From contig CAXXKK010000028.1 of assembly GCA_963676845.2 (NCBI GenBank), forward strand, positions 5,881 through 69,880: a stretch of 64,000 nt of DNA. Reading direction: 5' to 3'. Every line of letters begins with the position of its first letter. The first letter of the stretch is position 1. The notes under the pieces were generated by a model, which was given only the letters and a program-made list of their open reading frames with translations, did not search any database and had not been told where the DNA came from. Positions 59,301 to 64,000 of this stretch are shown here, one piece after another. The stretch is from Prolixibacteraceae bacterium (lineage in GTDB: Bacteria > Bacteroidota > Bacteroidia > Bacteroidales > Prolixibacteraceae). A program made the translations under genes and the position numbers.

Positions 59301-59675
59301 CATTGTTGCATTTACAACTGCCTGTCCAGAAAGAACAATCTCCTGGCTTTTCATACCAATAAAAGTAAATGACAATGTCGCATCAGATGGCACATTCCCC
59401 AATGAATAATTACCATCAAAATCTGTAATAGTACCGTTTGTTGTACCTTTTACCATTACAGTTACACCTGGAAGAGGTTCTCCATTAGCATCAACCACTT
59501 TTCCAGTCACTGTTAAATCCTGCTGAAATACTGCACTAGATTCTTGCTTTATACCACCCGCAGCTTCAACCTGAAAAATACTTAAGAACATGCAAATAGC
59601 AAAAAGAGGTACTATCTTCCATGTTGTTGATTTCATGCATAAATTATATGCACAATTAAAAGATTCTTTTTTCAT
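56379..59675 (-). CDS. susC: SusC/RagA-family TonB-linked outer-membrane transporter
   Basis: CarboxypepD_reg domain (TGKVVDANGEPLPGVTVMVKGT), plug (QLQGRAAGVIV), 1098 aa, C-terminal F. The start may instead be the ATG at 59636 (MKSTTWK...). Confidence 0.92.
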   Translation of the reverse strand: MKKESFNCAYNLCMKSTTWKIVPLFAICMFLSIFQVEAAGGIKQESSAVFQQDLTVTGKVVDANGEPLPGVTVMVKGTTNGTITDFDGNYSLGNVPSDATLSFTFIGMKSQEIVLSGQAVVNATMEEDRIGLEEVLVTGYSTERKKDIIGSVAVVDTEEMQSTNTATVGGQLQGRAAGVIVSSSGDPDATSKIRIRGFGSFGNSTPLYVIDGVSASEDAFNALNPNDVESIQVLKDAASASVYGARGANGVIIVSTKKGKVGGAKVSVSAYTGVNYVSSNDFPELLNAEEYGQYWWKAYEGADLDPTHAIYGSGASPVIPEYIKAGPYTGAQLQALSVSDPAAYAAAVDPENYDFENYQIVKSADTDWFNELFNPAQITSLQVGLSGGSDAGLYSISLNYYDQDDTSNEWSSYKRYTTRANSSFNITDNITVGENLQVSYIDRTGSGSGAGTAWTMNPIVPVWDIMGNPAGGSIPGIGNQRNPVSTRWRDRFDRNASFGAFGNVYLDVNFLKDLTFHTSFGMNYNSSNNWNLTQQTFEHSENTTMSSLNRSSRWATAWTWTNTLTYDKTIGDHTFKLMAGTEAIRDYSDNISATREEYDINDDENFVVLDTGLGTQSNSGALSRTSLASLFARVDYTYADKYLFNATIRRDGSSKFGKNNRYGIFPAVALGWRISSEDFMQDYSWLDDLKIRASYGVIGNQNGLNAENQYSMYSKLVGYGYAIEGGNNVLPGYTAETIGNPDAKWEKTITSNVGFDATIFDGAFDINFEYYIKETEDLLVQNQAAQTGSDATQPSVNVGNMRNRGVDFTISNRGEIARDLTYDASLNFSAYKNEVTQILDSPDSYLTGASDAGMGVLTRTIAGMPISYIWGYQVDGYFNTEAEAEAYADEYTSYITPEVGRWRIKDLNDDKVIDENDRTMLGSPHPDFQVGLNLSLQYKNFDLSTFIFWNQGGQVYNLSRRNTDMVRWNLNRSKRMLYQSWGETDNPLLPKLDINDSETPSAAIDYCVEDVTYIRMKTFQLGYTIPSSTKFMQDLNIDRLRIYVQGQNLFTWVGGKKPFTGLDPDASLSPSADDIGMGAVESQNPTPKQFVIGLNLDF

Positions 59676-59880
59676 AAGTTTGTAATTAGTTTGATAAATA
59701 TTTCAAATTAATTTGTGCCTTGTCATTGGTTTTATAGGCACAATGAAATCGAATAGGGAGATGTTGCAACCATCTTCCTATTTTTTGGTTTACTAGTTTG
59801 GGTTTCATATCATAAAATTCCCTCCATGTTTATGTTTTATTTATGGTTTCTTTTTAGTTAAATTATAAATACACGATAGC

Positions 59881-60813
59881 TTAATCAATCAGCTTTTTAG
59901 CCTCTTTTGCAATATTTTCCGCTGTAATTCCGTAATATTCGAATATTTCCAGTGGCTTCGCATTAATTGCATTTTCTTCAGGTATTCCAATAATTTTCAT
60001 TTTCACCGGATTTACCTGAGAAACGATTTCAGCAACAGCCGAACCTAAACCACCATATATGGAATGCTCTTCAACGGTAAGAATATGACCAGTCTCGCTT
60101 GCAGCAAGGATTGTTTCTTTATCAATAGGTTTAATTGTAAACATATCAATTACCTTAGCCTTAACGCCTTCTTTTTCAAGCAATTTAGAAGCTTCCAGTG
60201 CATGATATACTGTTTCTCCCGACGCAATAATCGCCAAGTCATTTCCTTCTGTAAGAACTTTCGCTTTTCCAGGTGTAAACTCTTCATTTTCAGAGTACAC
60301 ATCAGGAACTGCATTTCTACCCATTCTCACATAAGCAGGTTCTGACGATTTTGCCAGGTATTGAGTTAATTTTTTTGCCTGGTGACGATCTGCAGGAAGA
60401 TAAACTTCCATTTCAGGGAAAGTTCTCATCACTGCAAGGTCATGCAAGCTATGATGAGTAGCTCCAAGAGCTCCATAACTAACTCCTCCACTCACACCTA
60501 TAACTTTCACATTTGAGTGAGAATAAGCTACATCAACTTTGACTTGTTCCAAACTTCTTGCTGAATAAAAACAAGCAGGGCCACAAACAAAAACATTATT
60601 GCCACACAATGCTAAACCTGCTCCTACACCTATTGCATTTTGCTCTGCAATTCCTACTTCAACAAACTGTTCCGGTAATTCATCTGCAAAATCACCAAGG
60701 GTAACACTTCCCCTTGCATCTGAAGTAACGACAAAAATACTCTTGTCCGCTTTTGCTTCCTCCAGAATTGTATTTGTAAATGCCTTACGACATGGGATAA
60801 CCTTATCTGCCAT
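59881..60813 (-). CDS. Transketolase, C-terminal (pyrimidine-binding) subunit
   Basis: 310 aa with VGIAEQNAIGVGAGLA, and GxSHHS-like GATHHSLHD. Its start overlaps the preceding stop as TAATG. Confidence 0.85.
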   Translation of the reverse strand: MADKVIPCRKAFTNTILEEAKADKSIFVVTSDARGSVTLGDFADELPEQFVEVGIAEQNAIGVGAGLALCGNNVFVCGPACFYSARSLEQVKVDVAYSHSNVKVIGVSGGVSYGALGATHHSLHDLAVMRTFPEMEVYLPADRHQAKKLTQYLAKSSEPAYVRMGRNAVPDVYSENEEFTPGKAKVLTEGNDLAIIASGETVYHALEASKLLEKEGVKAKVIDMFTIKPIDKETILAASETGHILTVEEHSIYGGLGSAVAEIVSQVNPVKMKIIGIPEENAINAKPLEIFEYYGITAENIAKEAKKLID

Positions 60814-61640
60814 TACTTTTTCCCTCCTTGTTTATTCAACTCCTCTAATGCTTCAGCTAATTGTTCATCGCTAGGTACTCCATGATGCCATTTGGCAACA
60901 TTCTCCATAAACGAAACACCTTTACCTTTAATAGTCTTAGCAATTACAAAAGTTGGTTTACCTTTCACTGTTGGGGCTGAGTTAAAAGTATCAACCAGTA
61001 CACCCATATCGTGTCCATCAATTTCAACTACATTCCAACCACAAGCCTCATATTTTTTACCCAAATCCTCTATTGTCATGACATCTTCAGTATTGCCACT
61101 AATCTGCAACATGTTCCTGTCAACAATAGCAGTAAGGTTGTCCAGTTTATAGTGACCAGCAGAAGCTGCAGCCTCCATAATTGAACCTTCGCCATGTTCA
61201 CCATCTCCCATCAATACAAAAGTTCGGTAACTTTTCCCCTGACGCTTAGCTGCTAAAGCCATTCCTACACCTACTGAAAGGCCATGCCCAAGAGCACCTG
61301 AGTTAACTTCAATACCATTCACTTTACGGGTTGGGTGACCAGCCAAAATCGAATTAAATTTGCCATATGTATCCAAAACAGAATCTTCAATAAAACCTCT
61401 TCTGGATAAAACAGCATACAAGCTCTCTACAGAATGCCCCTTGCTCAAAATGAACCGGTCACGATCAGGATCATTCGTATTCTGAGGATCAATTTTCAAA
61501 ACAGCATAATACAAAGCCGTCATAATATCGACAGAAGACAAAGATCCGCCGGTGTGCCCTCCTGAGGCACTGTAAATAATTTCGAGTGTCCGCTTTCTTA
61601 TTTCAATCGCTTCTTCCTCTAACACACTTATTTTATTCAT
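60813..61640 (-). CDS. Transketolase, N-terminal (TPP-binding) subunit
   Basis: GGHTGGSLS, SKGH, GALGHGL, GDGEHGEGS. Confidence 0.85.
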   Translation of the reverse strand: MNKISVLEEEAIEIRKRTLEIIYSASGGHTGGSLSSVDIMTALYYAVLKIDPQNTNDPDRDRFILSKGHSVESLYAVLSRRGFIEDSVLDTYGKFNSILAGHPTRKVNGIEVNSGALGHGLSVGVGMALAAKRQGKSYRTFVLMGDGEHGEGSIMEAAASAGHYKLDNLTAIVDRNMLQISGNTEDVMTIEDLGKKYEACGWNVVEIDGHDMGVLVDTFNSAPTVKGKPTFVIAKTIKGKGVSFMENVAKWHHGVPSDEQLAEALEELNKQGGKK

Positions 61641-61645
61641 AGATA

Positions 61646-62662
61646 TTAATTATTTGACATGGATATCAATACCAGCCCAATCAAGAACAAGATGAACATG
61701 ATAACCAATAACTTATTTGTTCCTTTTGGTGCTCCTTTAAACTCTTTCCAGATAAATATTCCCCACAAAATGGCAACAACCGGAGCGGCATTACTTAATG
61801 CATAAGAAATTGCAGGATTGGCACTTCCAGCTGAGATGAAACTCACAACCATACCTGTCATCCAAATAAAACCACCGGCAATACCAGTAATGTGAGTTTT
61901 GAAGTTACCTTGAAAGTATTCTTTCATTTTCACAGGTTCTCCTTCAACAGGATATTTCATGAAAAATGGGTTGAAAATTGGAGTACTAACTAAAACTCCA
62001 AAAGCGAAAAAGAATACACCTGTATATGGAGTTAGGTTACCGGTACCACCAGACACAAAATTGCCATCGATTGATTTTACAACTAGTCCGTAAAAAAACG
62101 CAATGAGCAAACCTGCACCTACAGAAAGCAAAATCCCCTTAGCCGATGGCTTTTTCTGTTCCTGAGCTAATTTCTTGTATGACAACATACTAAGATATAT
62201 TGCAACAATAATTACAGCAACTCCAACAAACAGCAAGGGAACATTGCCTTCGGGGGTTCCTTTAGCCAGCACTACCAGCAAAAAGTTGAAAATAATTCCC
62301 AGTATCCAGGCTAAACCTCCACCAATTGGAAACCCAACAGACATACCTGCTACTGCAATCGCAGCAGTAAGAAGAATATTCCCTAGGTTCCATACAACAC
62401 CTCCTGCCATTGCATTAAAAATACTGGAGCCATTGGCCTGAGCTATATCCTCAAGAAAAGGACGACCTTCAGCACCAAAACTCCCCAGGGTAAGTGCATA
62501 TAAAGCAGCAGTTATCATTAAACCAATGGTTAAATCCCAATAAAATAGCTCAAAACGCCACTTTTTATCTGCCAGTTTTAGTGTATTTGCCCAAGACCCC
62601 CAACAAACCATTGTTATGAAGAAAAAGAATAAGGCTAAGCCATAATTATGTACCAGTACCAT
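61646..62662 (-). CDS. 10-TM sugar transporter of the DMT superfamily (GRP/RhaT-like)
   Basis: 338 aa with a two-fold 5+5 TM pattern and CWGSWANTLKL near the N-terminus. The family and substrate are not secure. Confidence 0.45.
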   Translation of the reverse strand: MVLVHNYGLALFFFFITMVCWGSWANTLKLADKKWRFELFYWDLTIGLMITAALYALTLGSFGAEGRPFLEDIAQANGSSIFNAMAGGVVWNLGNILLTAAIAVAGMSVGFPIGGGLAWILGIIFNFLLVVLAKGTPEGNVPLLFVGVAVIIVAIYLSMLSYKKLAQEQKKPSAKGILLSVGAGLLIAFFYGLVVKSIDGNFVSGGTGNLTPYTGVFFFAFGVLVSTPIFNPFFMKYPVEGEPVKMKEYFQGNFKTHITGIAGGFIWMTGMVVSFISAGSANPAISYALSNAAPVVAILWGIFIWKEFKGAPKGTNKLLVIMFILFLIGLVLISMSNN

Positions 62663-62699
62663 AGTTTATTTCTTTTAAAAAGTGATTACTAATTCGTGA

Positions 62700-64000
62700 T
62701 TATTGGTGCTTATATAATTCCCAGCCCATATAGTTCCCAACTGCCTCTTCAATTACATCAGCTACATGTGTACGTACCATTGCAACGTGGTGCTCAAAAC
62801 CATTCTTGCACATGTACTTCATAAGATTCTGTAGATTTGGAATTTCACAAACAGCAATACCTCCATCCATTCCGTATGGATCATCAGTAATCGTTCCTTC
62901 TCCTAAATATGTTTTTACAATTCCTTTATTATCATCAGTCGACACACGGAAATAAGTCATATCTCCAGCTGCAACTTTACCTTTTACAGCACCGAAAGTA
63001 TCTTCGCTACCTAACACTGTTCCCAAAACATCAAGACTACCGATTTCAATATCATTTTGGAAGAATGATTTTGGATAGTTACTACAGTGAGTCAATACAC
63101 ACTTATCACGATCTTCTGCAAAGTTGTTGTTCCAATCTAAAAGTGCCGAAGGAATTTCTGCTGCCAACGTCAATGCATACATAGCAATTGCACCTGCAAC
63201 ATCAACCTCACAAGCAGATGGCATTAACTTCTCGCCCATCATACTCATGGTAACACAAGCTGCACATCCGTAATTTTTCTCGATAGATTCCCAACATTGC
63301 AATGCAGAAATATTACAATCATTCTCTGCAATCCAATTTTCAACAGCTAAACCAAAACGAGCTTGTTTTGCTAATTTTCCTTTTCCTAGCACAGAACAAG
63401 TTCCGTATTCCTGAATAGCTGCAACTTTCTCTATTACTGCAGGATCATTTTCATCAATCTTTTCCGCTGCAGCCAATATCTCTGACATATCAACAGGGAC
63501 GATTGTAATGCCATATTTTTGTAAGATTTTTTCACTAAAACGCATAGTCTGGAAGCCTATTGGACGAGTACCAATTGCACCAACTCTTAAGTTACTTAAA
63601 CCGTTTACTACACGACAGACACTTGCAAATTTCACCAAGTCTTTTGTGAATTCTTCACTTTCAAGACTGTATGTATGATACATTGTATCTGTAAACTTGA
63701 TACCGTAATGATAGAAGTTGTTACAAACCGAAAGCTTACCACAGAAAGCATCACGACGACTCTTCACATCCACCTTATCATTATCGTCATCACAAGCCTG
63801 TACTAAAATTGGCACATTCAATCCAGAAATTTTGATGGTGTTAACTACACCCAATTCATCTCCAAAGTTTGGAAGAACGACAATTACACCTTCAATAATG
63901 TCTGCATTCTTTTTGAATAATTCACCACACTTTACGGCATCTGCATAACCTTCAATATTCCCTGTTGGAGTTTCACTCTCAGGAAGAATAACATAACCAA
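62700..64000 (-). CDS. L-fucose/L-arabinose-isomerase-family sugar isomerase (5' end outside the window)
   Basis: The track starts at 63854 (TTG), but the same frame stays open to the window edge (...GYVILPESETPTGNIEGYADAVKCGELFKKNADIIEGVIVVLPNFGDELGVVN...). The C-terminal NGFEHHVAMV is typical of this family. Confidence 0.55.
   Translation of the reverse strand, partial: GYVILPESETPTGNIEGYADAVKCGELFKKNADIIEGVIVVLPNFGDELGVVNTIKISGLNVPILVQACDDDNDKVDVKSRRDAFCGKLSVCNNFYHYGIKFTDTMYHTYSLESEEFTKDLVKFASVCRVVNGLSNLRVGAIGTRPIGFQTMRFSEKILQKYGITIVPVDMSEILAAAEKIDENDPAVIEKVAAIQEYGTCSVLGKGKLAKQARFGLAVENWIAENDCNISALQCWESIEKNYGCAACVTMSMMGEKLMPSACEVDVAGAIAMYALTLAAEIPSALLDWNNNFAEDRDKCVLTHCSNYPKSFFQNDIEIGSLDVLGTVLGSEDTFGAVKGKVAAGDMTYFRVSTDDNKGIVKTYLGEGTITDDPYGMDGGIAVCEIPNLQNLMKYMCKNGFEHHVAMVRTHVADVIEEAVGNYMGWELYKHQ

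Noticed and set aside
59765-59800. The hairpin aatagggagatg..catcttcctatt followed by a T-run on the plus strand, upstream of the second susC. Its GTTGCAAC loop superficially resembles the Fur-family operator half-site.
   Set aside because: No plus-strand gene precedes it to terminate. On the minus strand the stem has an A-C mismatch. The loop palindrome has a different arrangement from TGCAACA-N-TGTTGCA.
1-64000. A search by eye for CRISPR arrays, tRNA or rRNA genes, IS elements, transposases, integrases, toxin-antitoxin pairs and known defence-system hallmarks.
   Set aside because: None were recognised: no regularly spaced direct repeats, no tRNA-like T-arm motifs, no DDE or tyrosine-recombinase signatures, and no nuclease/ATPase defence modules. 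I therefore do not claim a mobile or defence island in this window.

Overview
This is a 64-kb chromosomal segment from an AT-rich Bacteroidota genome. The phylum call rests on two SusC/SusD pairs, TAnnTTTG-type promoter boxes, a FeoA-FeoB fusion, and DUF4625, DUF5063 and DUF5606 genes. All family calls come from motif recognition by eye; no searches were run. I saw no rRNA, tRNA, CRISPR array, transposase, integrase or recognisable defence genes, so the window looks mostly like core and metabolic DNA. Gene blocks in order: (1) envelope genes: two tandem ArnT/GT39-like glycosyltransferases, a divergent PAP2 phosphatase, a DUF1593 nucleoside-hydrolase-like lipoprotein, an SGNH esterase, kdsA, a Cache/HAMP/SpoIIE phosphatase and a PfkB kinase. 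(2) A tightly coupled haem operon, hemA-C-D-B-L-E plus DUF5606. (3) Housekeeping genes: RRM RNA-binding protein, rlmI, exonuclease, DUF5063, an OmpA protein with TSP3 repeats, cysH and DUF819. (4) A metal-related block: O-methyltransferase, feoAB, a 3' remnant of an APC permease and a PepSY-TM protein. It continues with a Fur-family repressor carrying two perfect palindromic operators on its own promoter, followed by a His/Cys-rich small protein, a TonB-dependent receptor, two DUF4625 lipoproteins and a porin-like barrel. (5) A TPP-riboswitch-controlled thiamine salvage operon, thiM-thiE-tenA-thiD. (6) A xylose block (GntR/PBP regulator, xylB, xylA, xylE-like) feeding into a minimal SusC/SusD/GH30/galM PUL. 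(7) A second SusC/SusD pair whose only linked enzyme is a frameshifted DUF1593 protein, preceded by an isomerase, a transporter and a split transketolase. The two most interesting candidates are the Fur-family-controlled uptake locus and the PUL without a glycoside hydrolase. Both are hypotheses built from gene context, not demonstrated systems.
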